From the NCBI GenBank assembly GCA_964252035.1, contig OZ176210.1: a stretch of 64,000 nt of DNA; one strand, 5' to 3'. Source of the stretch: Podarcis erhardii. Taxonomy: Eukaryota. Of the stretch, positions 12,071 through 24,759 are shown piece after piece. The position numbers were made by a program, and so were the translations under genes. The notes under the pieces are model-generated. The model was given only the letters and a program-made list of their open reading frames with translations, searched no databases and was not told the DNA's origin. Position 1 is the first letter of the stretch. Each line of letters opens with the position of its first letter.

Positions 12071-14646
12071 AATCTTGGGTTTCTCTGCCTATTAGAAGAA
12101 GTGAAGGAAGTGAAAGCAGTCAAATAGCAGTGAATCCTGATGTTTCCATATTTCAGTTCTTCCATCTCTTCCACTGTGACAACCAGGATTCACTGGCTAA
12201 TGTCCCTTTCTTGGCCCTCATGTTCCCCCGCTAAGCTGATACTGACAGATAAAATATCAACACTGGCTGAATGCCAACTGACCTGCATACAATTACCTTA
12301 CCTTCTTTGTACAACAAAAAGCTCACCTACATCTTCTCTAATATTAGTTCAAATGTTCACAAGCACTCAGAAATCCATTTGGCAAATGATTGTTTTTACA
12401 AACCAATGACTAGTTCTAGGAAACAACAGAATCATTCACTTGTGCCATTTCGTGGCTTAGGAATGCATGGTTCTGTACTTTTTGGCTTTGCTTTAGATCT
12501 AATGAAATCAGGTTCATTGACATGTAATCAAAACTGCTTTCCAGACAGCAGTCCACATTTTCCCCATTGTCTGGTAGAATGGGCAGGGGGTGGGGGCTGC
12601 CAATGAATGCCTTCCTGCGATCCCAAACCACTGCAGGACTTTCTGTGGAGGAAATTTAAATTCCAGAGTTGACTGAGCTGAGGTCTGTTTCAGACTGACA
12701 AACGAGGAAATGTTCACATTAAGCATTTCAAATACACTCTCCCTGGTTGGTCATAAAGCACAACTTAAAGCTACCATGAACTTCAGACTATTTCAGCGTT
12801 AAGGATTTGTTGCGGGAAGATATTTTCAGAAATATCCTTCTGCTGTAAAAACATGGGTCAAATTCTTGTATTAAAGAGTAGATTTCAGGAGTTTTTTCCA
12901 GCCTATGCCAGACTACTGCAAAACTGAAATATAATGAGTGCTGGACCTAGTCCTATGCCTGAGGCTTCAACATTAACAAAACAAAAGCAAAAAAAAGTCC
13001 CTTCAGGCTCATGGAATATTTTTAAAGCACTTGCAAATTCACAGTCTTTCACCCAGTAGGCTTAGGATGAAAGGCAAGCCTGAAACATGCCAATGTTTAT
13101 GTAATTATGCCTGGAAGACACTCTTGCTCTAGCTGTGAGTGAATCCAGTCAGAGCAAGATGGGGGGGAAATGGTATTTTCCTACATGTGAGGGTGAACGT
13201 AAAGGGGTAAAACCCACAACTTTTAAAACTTTCAGCTCATTTTTCATCCTGGAAATTTCCCTATTACTTTTGGACAGGCCTGAACCCATGCTGGAAGATT
13301 CGTGTTTGTTCTGTAATACCACCTTTACAAATGAAGGGCAGGGAGGTAATGTTAAAAGAGTGCTGGAAAGCCCACAGCAACACTACGTAATTAACTTCTC
13401 CGTAGGGCCATTACGTTAGCCTGCTTGACCAGAAGACCCAGACACAAAAGGAAAGAAAAACATGGTGTCACCTTGAGAAAGGCTTATTGAGTTTGTTAAG
13501 GACTCTCTCAGGTCTGCAGTGTTGGGTGTGTTAGCATTCACATGTATTACCATCACTGTGCTTATCTTGTAAATGGCAGAAATGTCATATACCTTTTGCA
13601 TTTCATGGCTTTTGGATTCCACTGTTTACTTTTCTCTCTCTTCACCAGGAAAATCTGTAACCCTCTGGATGTTTGGGGCTCCATCTACCATCAGCCCCAG
13701 CCTGCATGGCAAATGGTCATGGATGATGGCTAGCAACACCTGGAAGGCCACAGGCCTCCAATCCCTGGGTTGGTGAACCTAAGGTCCCCTGCATGGTGCT
13801 GAAGAACAACTGCATCATCTCTGCCCACTTGCCATACTGGCAGGGCATGAATCTTTGTTGGTTCATGGGAGTGAAGTGTTTCTCCACTGATATGATCTGA
13901 AGGACCTCATGTTTCCTGTCTTAATTCAAGCAGAACATTTCTAAAATCAATTCACATCACAATTCTATACATGCATTTAAAGGCCCATAGAATTCAGTAT
14001 GTTTATTACCCAACAAAGTGGGTGCAGGATTGCAGGGATTATGGGAGTTGTAGTCAACAATATCTGGGCACCCACAGGAGTCTCCCCTTCCCCCCCAAAA
14101 AAACCTCTACACCTGTGTAAACACACACAGAGATGAAGAGACTTGCCAACTGAGGATAAGATTTATCTGATGAAAGAGGCTTTGGTCCACAAAGTTATGT
14201 AACAATAAATTCTTTTTTGTATTTGCTGTAGCAGACTAATGCGGTTACCTTTCTGGAATCTGGAATAGCATCGTCCAGGGGCAGATTAAAGAACACAGAT
14301 TAAAGAACCATATCCCAAACTTAAAACTTCATTTTTTAAACATCACTCTTGAAGTCAAATGTTGGAAACATAAGATGACAAACTAAAATCAAGCCCAGAG
14401 GATTAATTTTCTACTTCAGTAAACGAGACTACAGCAATTCCCACCCCCGCCCCCCAGTTATGACTATTTTCAGCAGGAAGGAGAAAGAAAGCAAAGCAAC
14501 ACAAGCGAAAGAAAAGAAAGCAAAGACAAATAATTATCCATTAATTGCCCCACCCTCCCAATAGAGGCCTGATTTGTTAGCAAATTGCATATTTGATTCC
14601 ATTGTAAGCACAGCGGAGTTAACTATAAATTTCAAACTGAACTCAC

Positions 14647-14760
14647 CTTTTTCGCAAAGAGCCCCAACGTAGCTTGGAAGACAAAGGCAAGTAAACGTAT
14701 TGATGCCATCAATGCAGGTGGCTCCATTTCTGCAAGGGCTGGATTGACATTCATCAATGT
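14647..14760 (-). CDS. VCAN: VCAN exon 10 (114 nt), calcium-binding EGF-like repeat 2
   Basis: Acceptor ttcttgggcag|AC, donor AAAG|gtgagt. Encodes [38 protein letters not shown]. Confidence 0.97.
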
Positions 14761-15061
14761 CTGCCCAAGAAAATGAAACAGATATTTAGAATGAGGTATT
14801 GTCCTCACTTGCAATATAAAAGAAAGTTTATATGTATTAATAATGTCAAATAAATAATGTACATAAATTGATTTCAGATATCACAATGCATAAGGACCTA
14901 ACGATTTTCTTCAACATTTGCACACAGAGTTCAGCAGCATTTGCATCTCAGAATTTGCAGAACAATTCTAAACAAAATATACACACGCCTGAACATTTTA
15001 AACCATCCTGCATGACCGCTGGGTCTGTAACCTGCATCCTCGGTTTCTACCTCTCAGAACT

Positions 15062-15502
15062 TGTAGTAGTAATAGTAGTGGGTAGTGGTAGTAGTAGTAG
15101 TAATTTATTTATACCCCACTCATCTGGCTGGTTTTCCCCAGCCACTCTGGGCAGCTCCCAACAGAATATTAAAAACACAATAAAACATCAGTCATTTAAA
15201 AACTTCCTTAAAGAAGGCTGACTTCAGATATCTTCTAAACGTCAGATAGTTGTTTATTTCCTTGATATCTGATGGGTGGGCATTCCACAGGGTGGGTGCC
15301 ACTACCGAGAAGGCCCTCTGCCTGGTTCCCTGTAGCCTCACTTCTCGCAGGGAGGGAACCGCCAGAGGGCCCTTGGAGCTGGATCTCAGTGTCCGTGCTG
15401 AACGATGGGGGTGGAGACGCTCCTTCAGGTATACTGGACTGAGGCAGTTTAGGGCTTTAAAGGTCAGCACCAACACTTTGAATTGTGCTCGGAAATGTAC
15501 TG
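15062..15502 (-). mobile_element. L2 LINE 3-prime end with (TAC)n tail
   Basis: Minus ORF VLTFKALNCLSPVYLKERLHPHRSARTLRSS...RAFSVVAPTLWN is the typical L2 ORF2 C-terminus; tail at 15062-15102. Confidence 0.88.
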
Positions 15503-15522
15503 TTGAGGGAAAGAGTACTGCA

Positions 15523-15528
<6 letters not shown>

Positions 15529-15558
<30 letters not shown>
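15529..15558. repeat. (TC)n microsatellite
   Basis: Direct reading. Confidence 0.97.
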
Positions 15559-15561
<3 letters not shown>

Positions 15562-16034
15562 AACCCTCAGAATACCTTTATGATGTGTCCAACCTATTCT
15601 AACTTGGGACCATGGAAGACTGAACTCCTATTAGGTTGCAATGGCTGCATTTCACATTATTGCGGTAGACACTGCCATCTGTTCCTACTGTCCTTGCCCT
15701 TTCATATCCTGGTGGTCATAAAAACGTAACTCCAAACAGTAGAGGTTGTGTCCAGTGAAGGTTGTCCTGTGTACCCCAATATATTATTGGGGTTGTTCCA
15801 ACCCTCCAAAACAGATTGAGGGCACATGCAGCAAGAGGAGAGGGAGGGGAAGTTCCGTTGCACAAGCAGAATTCCTTGTACAATTGGGACAACTTCACTG
15901 GATACAAACATAGGAATCCCAGAGAAATTGGCTAATCCAAGAACAGTAGGCTAACTGTTTACAGAGTCCATCATCACAAAGAGTCTTGCCATTACCACAA
16001 CTGTTTTTGTCTTCATGCAATGTGACTGGCCTAA

Positions 16035-16059
16035 CCAATCAATCAATCAATCAATCAAA

Positions 16060-16090
<31 letters not shown>
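16035..16090. repeat. Compound (CAAT)n(AAAT)n microsatellite
   Basis: Direct reading. Confidence 0.95.
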
Positions 16091-16706
16091 AATTCATTAA
16101 TTCATTCAGTGAATATGCTCATACTTCTGCCTGCAATAACCACTCAGTTTCTTTTTAACTTTTCTTCAGCACATGTAGCGGCCTTACCTCCAATGTGCTA
16201 CTAATCTGATATCTAAACTGGAAGAACTTTCAACAGGTTATTAGCAGCATTCAAACATTTGAGGCAGTTATTCTTCCTCATCCGTTTATAAACACCAGAT
16301 ATTGCCATTCATAAATATTTCTACAGGTTTTGCATGTGTATAAATTGCAGTTGATCATCCTAGTAGATCTCACAGAGATTTGCTGCCTGGTGTTCAAGTT
16401 TGTATACAAACTACCACATAAGAAAGCATATGGAAGAAGGCACATTTTGCTAGTGTACTAGATACAAATTCCCATCTTCCCGTTGGCTTTTGTCCACTCA
16501 GCACAGTAGATTGGCACATGAAAATTTACTCCCATACACAAATTGCATTTGCGGATTGGACCGAAAATGGACGAAGTTGGTAAGCAAGCAAGAGTTTGTC
16601 TTGCTTGTTTACATCAGTCTGAGTCTTCTGGTACTGCAATACCATGCCCTGTTTTGCACACTGAATAATCAGATAATCAAATACCAACAAAGACTTTGCT
16701 TCTTAC

Positions 16707-16820
16707 CTACTTCACACTGGTCACCACTGAAACCCGGCATACAAGTGCAGATGTAGAAAGTGTCACGTGGATAACAAGTTCCCCCATGCTGGCATGGATT
16801 ACTCTTGCATGGCTCTTGGC
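16707..16820 (-). CDS. VCAN: VCAN exon 9 (114 nt), EGF-like repeat 1
   Basis: Not in the ORF track. Acceptor ctttacag|GC, donor G|gtaaga. Encodes [38 protein letters not shown]: six Cys, with C-x-S-x-P-C and C-x4-T-C glycosylation consensus. Confidence 0.97.
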   Translation of the reverse strand, partial: AKSHARVIHASMGELVIHVTLSTSALVCRVSVVTSVK

Positions 16821-18883
16821 CTGTAAAGTGAGTTCATGGAAAATTGCTATATTTTGCTAAAATTGCTTCTTGGGTGCTGACTCTCTTTCAGCAGAAAGAC
16901 ATTTCCTACTTTTCAGCTGGTTCTGTCAGATTTGCTATAGTTGCAGATTAGACAGAAACCAAAATCAATTCATCATAATATGCAGCAGTAATAGTAAATC
17001 AGCCATCATCCATGTTGGCAATGCAATCCTTACTCGCTGGTAAAAACAATTTACTTTCAGCAATATTTCATTTTATTCAAATGACATTTTGTATTATTTT
17101 TGGCAACTGCAATATTCTACTGAGGATTTAGTTGGCATGACATGACAATTAATTATAGCCGAAAACAGTTAAAACATATGTGCACAGTGAGTGAAATATG
17201 CATTTATCTGAACGGGGTTAGTTTATGTGGAATGATTGGGTACACAGAACATGCATTCTTATACCACACTTCTTGTTTGTCATTCTGGATATTGTTTGCT
17301 TTCCATCAAGCCATATTCTCATTTTGTTTCTTTATATGGTTATTGAAGGACTAACTGAATAAGAGGCCAAACCAATATGCATATTTAAACATTATTTCGC
17401 ATAAGATTACAAATATATAAGGCTCTTATATTATGTAAAATAGTATGCAGTGAACCAATTTTGGTTCGGCATGTGATATTTGGACCAGTTCCTCATATGC
17501 ATTATATCAAGATAGCATCAGGTATGTTTACTTATGCTACATAAAAGTGCTTAGTGGAACTACTACAGCCATTTTCAATCATATCTATAGCCTTGCCATG
17601 GGAAGACTTCGGGGAATGTTTAAGACTATAATCTTTTACACATGTAAGCTACCAATATACAGAACCTCCATGGCAAGTCACTCTCACACATAAAACATCT
17701 TTATGACATGAAAGCAGCATCAATCAACAGGGAATCATATTTATATTTGATAATAAACACATTAAGAAGGTGTAAATCTGTCCTGTCATAAAGGAACAGA
17801 TCATGCCCCAGAGTGTCTCCTTTAATGATTTAATCACAAATACAAATTTAAAAAATCCTATGTCTTCAAATTTATCTGTCTAGCACTATTCGTAATGCTT
17901 CCTGTCATGGTTGACAATGGGAGATCTCCATTAATGTCAAGGACTCATCCTTACATTTTAAAAACAAAACAACCACAAACTTTAAAATGAACTAGAGACC
18001 AATAGTGTAATTTATCACAGCCATACCAAAAGTGCCACCAAGAGTACTAGGAAATCATCCATTTGTCCTGTTCCCTCAACAGTGGGAGCTTATCACATGT
18101 AAAGCAGTTGTTCCAAATGCAGAAACCCACACCAACAGCAAATCCTATACATGCCTATTCAGAAGTCTCATTGGGTGGGGCTTATGTCTCTGTAAGTGGG
18201 TATAGGATTTCAGCCTGAATCCCACCGTACCCCATGTACAAAAGAGTAAAATAAGAGAACTGATGCAGATTCAATGCGGCAGGGAGATAATTGCTATCCA
18301 CCTCTTTAGTCAGGTGTGATTTTCTTTCATTCCAGGATTGGGATACAATTGTGAATCCAGTCAAAATTACTATTAGTAAGACTCATTATGTAGCCCCCTT
18401 TTGCACATAGGTATATCTGGCTGAAGACAAATATATCTGCATTATTATGACATATAACCTTAGAATATCTGTTAACATAAAAAAACTTGTTATTCTGTAA
18501 ATATTCCAAAATTATTACCCCATGTAACCCAAAGTTTAATGGCTCTTTCACACAATATGTCTTTTCTTCATGCAGTCAGCCTTCACTGTTGCTGGACAAT
18601 GAATGGGCACATGTTGCATGTGAATCTGCCAAGCCTAGATACAGCCAAAAGTAATTGATGAGGGAAAGGCACTTCTGCCAGCCATACCCACAAAAGATCC
18701 AGTTCGCCTATTACATTTGTAAATGTGTCTGTGTGCTCAAAAAAGGTTGAGATTGCAAAGATTGATGAAAAATGTATTGTGAGACCTAACAGTAGTATCT
18801 TCAGAGTTTACTATATTGTATCATCAGGCCAATATTTTCATGTGAGTGAAGAACATTTCAGTAGTGGAAAATTTAACTCTTAC

Positions 18884-21800
18884 CTGGTATCTGAACTGCT
18901 GTGCCTTCGACTGAACCCCCACCTGTGCCAATCAGGAAATCTGATCCATTAGTTACATCCAGAAGCAAAAGTGGTGGTGTTACAAGTTCAATGCTGTTTA
19001 TGCCCCCTGTGGTTCTTGCCTGCTTAATATATTCAGGAGTGTTTTCAGAGCCTGGGTTTTTTGTTGCAGCATTAGAGGAAACAGTTGTTGGCTTCTTCTG
19101 CCCATCCAATGCAGTCTGGGTTTCCACAGTTGTGTCTACTGATGGAGGGGATGAAATTGGCCAAACATCGGCTTCACCATCAGTCCCAAATACTCCACCT
19201 GTTTTACTTTCATGTGGAATGGGAGATGGTGTGGTGCGAATCCATGGTAAGTCTCCATCAGCACTATTTTCATCTAACTGATTTAGCTCCTTCTCATGAG
19301 AAGTTTCTTCTTCTGAACTAGATTCTAAAATATCAGTTCCTGGAACTATAAATGTTGGCTTAGCTTCTTTTGAAAGAGACTCTCCAGGAGCAATGGTTCC
19401 TTCGACAATAATCACTTCTGTTGAACTTCCTGGCTTTTCCTTCATTTCTGTTACAGAACTAAGCACAGATTCAGTGGTCTTGCTTTCTGATACCAGTTTG
19501 GGAGAAGATGCTAATGGGAACTCGGTGCTTCCTGAAGACTCTTTCAGGGCAGGTTTGTAAGTTGCTGTGATGTCAGCACTAGCTTCTCTAAAGGTTTGTA
19601 CTGGTGACAAGTCATGCTTGTCATTGTCAACTGATGATGAAGCACTTGGCATTATGTCTTCAGGATACTCAGAAGCTCCATTGAGTAAATAGACAGTCAC
19701 GGGCAACTTTGGAGTTTGAGTTGCAGAATGTATTTTTTCTGGATCTGTTTCTATGGATTCTGTGGCTTCAGTTTCCTTCATTCCTTTGTAGACCTCCTGG
19801 GTTGTTTCTTCAGACTTTGTTACACTTTGGGAAGCAAGTTGTACAGTAACTGTGCTTTCTTCAGATTTGTGTGTTGTCAAAGATTGCCATGGCTCAATGG
19901 GTAGGTATGGCGGCGTAGGAGCCACGAGTTTCTTTTCATCCATATCTACTTCTCCTTTTCCTGAAGAGTCTGCGGTAGAAGCAATTTCACTTTCATCAGC
20001 TATTGCTTGGTTGTCTGACAATGTTTGTAATTCAGAGTTGTCTTCTATTGTATTTTTGGAATCTGTATGTTTAGTTTCCAGCTCTAATTCTTTGTCCTTT
20101 TCATCAGTTTTGGAGCTGGTTGGCGATGACGGGGTAGTTCTAACAAGAAGTGGCATAGTTGGAAGCAATGCAGCTATTTTGGGCAGCTCTTGAGTAACAC
20201 CAGTTTCTGTTGTGAAAGGTGTGGCAACTCCTGAGCCCACATCATCTGATGCTGGTGTCAGATCAGATATCATGGGCTTGCTGAATATGAACTTACTGGT
20301 TACAGAACTCCCTTGACCATCTCCAAAGCCATCTGATTTATCAACAGCTAAAGTAATTGTAGGTGTGGCAGTCTGAATTTCTGTTACAGAAGTATAAATG
20401 CTGTACATCGAGGGTCTCTCAGAGCCCACAGTTCTTTGTCCACCTATGTCTTCAATATTTGATTTCAAGTTATCAGCATCTATAATTGTTGTTTCATCAG
20501 ATATTATTCCATGGCCTACATCAATGAAGCTGGAAATACCCCCCGAATAATTCCTTTTGTCACCAGGCAGTGGGATAAGTTCCTCAAAGTCTTTTATGCT
20601 GTTTGTGGAACTTTCATCTGCAAATGTCTCTGAAAAGTCACTATCCGAGGTTGGTAGCATTTGTTTTTCTTCTCCGTGGGTGGGTGATGATACTAATTCT
20701 ATTTCAGATCCATTCACTGCTTCAGCAAGGTCCACAACTTTTGTATTATTTTTGCCAGGTGTATGAGATGAGGGTATTACTCTTTTTGGCAACTGGGTAG
20801 ATGATTCAGGATATTTTTCCATGGTGTCCCACCAACCAGAACCTTCTCCAGATCCTTCGTGAGTTGCTATTCTCATCATTTCAGGTTCTGAGGTGGGTTT
20901 AGGTTCTTTAGCAATTCCAAGAGTAGGCCTTCCAGGAACAGATTCAGGAACAGGAGTTGTGTCTTCATACATCACCACGTGAGAAGCTTCCTCCGAAATT
21001 CCATCAGTAGCTACCAATGTTGATAATGTTGTATTTTCCTTCTCCTGATAGCTATTTTCTAGGTTTTGAGAATTTTCAAGAATGAGTTGCTTTATAGTAG
21101 GTACTTCTGTGCCAATGACCCTGGTATCTAAGGTAGATGCACTAGGGGTTATTTTGTCTCTTCCTGCAAGCAACTCTACTGCTATAGTATATGGATATTT
21201 ATTAACACTGCTGAAATCCTTATATGTTTCAGTGGGATATGTATCAGATTCTTTTATTTTTTCCTCTGAAGTACTTGCTTCTGAACTTCTAGGATGAAGA
21301 ATGTCAAGACTTAATGTGCTTGCATTGACATTTAATATAGCAGAACTTATAGGCACAGTGGTAGATGGAACAGTAAAGATTGCATCTCCTGAACCTTGTT
21401 CCGAAAAAAATGGAGCATTACTGGTTGCCTTTTTTACTGGCTTGTACCCTGTAGACATGGAGGAAGGCTTGTGGCTGTCCTCAGTTGGGTGAGCATTTTG
21501 TGCCAACTGTTCTTTATCTTCAGCTGCTGGTGAAGGGCTTACAGGTTCATCTGGAAATGTTTCAGACTCAATTGTGAGGATCTTATCATGTGAAGAGAGA
21601 TTCTTTTGCACAAATTCAGTTCCAGGTGTGACATCAATTTTTATTTCTTCTATGTATGGGATAAATGTAGAAACAGTTGAAATTTCTGTCTGTCCAGTTA
21701 AAGGTTCTTTACTTTTAATGAAAGATTCTTGTGTTACCACTCCAAAGGTCTGTACCATTTCATCTGATGTTTCAGCAGCATGTTCTTCATCAGAATTCAT

Positions 21801-24205
21801 TTCATCTTCTAAAGCAGGGTTTGTAGTAAAAGCTATTGTTTGCAATTCAGCTGGTGTTTCTCCTTCAGTGTTTGTAATTCCTGCATTCACTGAAGTGAAT
21901 GTGGTGGTGTGATGACTATGTGTGTCTAACTTTGCAGGCGCATCAGTAAACAGCATATATCTAGATGTCACGCTGCTACCTTTGTTTTCATTTGTTGTTT
22001 TTATAGGAGGTTCTGTAAAAGAATCTATGTCTCCAGAACCTTGTTCAATCAATGGAAATTTAGTATTTATTATTCTTTCTGTAGGACCATGAGTCACAAG
22101 TACTACACTACTTCTGTTATCTCCTGATTCCTCTCCAGAGCCCACATCCACCAGGTCAATTATCTCAGCAGAAATGGTTGGAGAAAAGTGTCCAGTGCTT
22201 TCTGGTTTGGCAGATTCCATTGTTTCTTTTATTAAAAACTCAGAACCTCTTTCTTGCAGAATAATGTTATCTTTCAATGGTGTAGGAGTGCTGACAGAAA
22301 GGATTGTAGTGCTTCCACTTCCAGTTGACTCTACAGATGATGCCACACCAGATGTCTCAAACAAGTCGATTTTCTTTTCAATCGCTGTAGAAGATGTTAT
22401 CATCTTTTCATTTGATTCCAGAATAGACTTTTCACTAAATGGCAATTGTGTGACTGCATCCAATTCATGTTTTACTGGTCCTTGGTTATCAGTTATATCC
22501 TTTGATACTTGCACTTCAGTTTTAGTTTCCATGGCCTTTCTGTCTGATTCAGTACTTAACCCTTGCATTGTGGGATCAATAAGAATTGCATATTCCAAAG
22601 GTGATGAATCTGTGTTAAGAGTGTCTAGCTCCTTCACTTGTGTGTCTGTGCTTCCAGGTTGAGATCTCAATAGTAATGAACTCAATGTAGTAGCTATAGT
22701 GATAACATCTATTTTTTCAGTACCTGGATCAATAAATGGGGAGTCAGTACTTACCACTTTGCTGGTGGGACCCCCCAAAAGAATGTCCATGCCAGGTTTC
22801 CTCCAAACATCTGTGGATCCATCCCCAGATTCTTCATCTACAGGAATTATCTTCTCTGTGGCCTCTTTAGTTTTGAGAGGTGAGGCATCTGTCACTGATA
22901 CTGATTTAGTGAGAGTTATGGATTCTTGGCTCACAGATCTGATGCTATCGTTACTGAACAGCAACTTTTCTGCTTTAACAGTAGTTGAATACTCCTTGGT
23001 TGAGGAAATGGTGCTCTTAATCTTGTCCTTATCATCCCTCACTTCTTCGGCATTTTTGGTAGAGTTCAAAATTAATTTAGGAATAGTTTGGGTAGTAAGA
23101 GCTTCTACAGAACTTTGTTCAAGTGTAGAATTCATGTCTTTATACAAAGATGCAGGAGGCTGTGAAGCACTAGGGCTGCTTTTTGTAGGGCTGTGTCTGC
23201 CAAGATCTGAGGAAATATCCTGAACAGGATTTTTTTCTGTTCCTGTCATTTTTATTACCGCGGTCGTAGGTTTAGCATTCTCTTGTTGAACATCTCCAGA
23301 GCCTTCTGGTATATTCAACAAACTAGGACTTCTGGTTGTTTCTATTGAACTTTCAGCAGTAAGAAGTGCATCTGGTCTAACTGTTGATTTATATTCATCT
23401 TGTAGAACATTTTCAAGTGCTGTGCTGTCTTCTATGATTATGGAAGCAAACGTTGGAGCAAATGTTGTAGTAGAAAACCTTTCAGAAGCTTCTTTTGGAG
23501 GTGTTTTTACTGATTGTGAAAAGCTGTAACTGTTTGACTCAGGCATGGTAGTAGAAGCTCCTGAATATTTTGTATTAATTACAGAGAAAATGCCAGGATG
23601 TTTGCTTAAGATTTGATGAAAATCTGTTCCAGGTTGTGTTAATTTCTCTGTAGTGTCTGATAAAGGCTGGCCATGTAGAGATGTTATTTCAAGGATTTTA
23701 TCTGTAGTAGAAACTTCAGAATCGCCACTAAAGGCCAGTTCCGTCATGATAGATTCTGCCGTTAGCTTCTGCGTAGTGGCTTCTCCTATAATTTCAGCAG
23801 ATTCATTTGGCTGCATTGTGGCAGAGATCTCATTTTCAGACACTATGTTAGTATCATTGATGTGTGAAAAGGTTACATTTTTGGAATGTGGTAAACTTTC
23901 AATCTGGTCACTCCTTGCTTCTTCCGCATTTCTATCTTTAGGTGCTGTAGTCACCTGTTGCTTTCCATTGATAAACTGCAAAGCCGGTGGAGTTGTGACA
24001 TCAGTAGTATTCTCGCAGTCTTCTTCGTCATCATCTTCTCCAAGATTGTATATTTCTGGGTAGAATAAAGGGTCCAAAATTAAAAGTTCTGCAGATTCCT
24101 CATCTGGCGTTGCTGTGCAGGGTTCATCTTGTGTTGAATCAGTATCTGTAGGGGGCTCGTCTATTTCATGATAACCAAATAAATCCCAAACTTCATGCAC
24201 TGGAT
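18884..24205 (-). CDS. VCAN: VCAN exon 8 (5322 nt, 1774 codons), GAG-beta chondroitin sulfate attachment domain
   Basis: ORF 18873..24200 extended to acceptor tctttctttgcag|AT at 24206; donor CCAG|gtaaga at 18883; phase 1-1. I count about 16 Ser-Gly dipeptides, many in EGSG/EESG/VGSG context. Ends DFLIGTGGGSVEGTAVQIPG. Confidence 0.97.
23898..23936 (-). other. Putative ADAMTS (versicanase) cleavage site in GAG-beta, orthologous to human DPEAAE|ARRGQ (versikine site)
   Basis: Translation KDRNAEE|ARSDQIES directly follows conserved NGKQQVTTAPK. The scissile Glu-Ala bond would lie between 23919 and 23918. Confidence 0.8.
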
Positions 24206-24759
24206 CTGCAAAGAAAGAGAGCTTTTAATAATATTTTTAGCAACTGGCTTGACATGGGCATCAACTGTCACAGTAAAACCAAATGCACTGAAAGGAAAAA
24301 TAGATTGAATGCTCCCATGTGCTTCCATTAGTATCCAGCTATTTAAACACTTCTAATATTTCACTACCATGTTGTTGTTTTTGTTGTACTGAGCCGTCCC
24401 TCCCCAAGTTTTGTGATACCATGAAATGAAACGAAATAAATATTTCAAAGTGCTTATTTAAACAGAGATACTATACTCTACAACGAAAGAGGAAATTATC
24501 AACCATTAGGTGAATAAAGTATCGATGATATCACACACATAACTACATGCCACTGCAGTATGTTCTATCATAAACTAATCTTCCTTAGAAAGTTAGAAAA
24601 GAAAATTTAGAGTTTAAATATAGACAGCTTAGTAAAAATTAACAAATCAAGTAGGTCTTCAAATAGTTCAGCAGCAGTGTTTGAAGGGCATGGCCTTCTA
24701 GTGGCAGTACAGCATTCACTGGGAGAAGGATATAGCAAGGTGATAGAAAGATTTGAAAT

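Noticed and set aside
18901-24063. Many plus-strand ORFs (up to 174 aa) overlapping exon 8, and similar ones over exon 7
   Set aside because: Antisense shadows of a long coding exon with biased codon use; low-complexity S/V/L translations with no domain.
24198-24200. Apparent start Met of the 1775-aa ORF, and of ORFs 41267..43390 and 52506..52838
   Set aside because: These are internal exons; the ORF-finder starts are GTG/TTG or intronic codons. True boundaries are the splice sites given.
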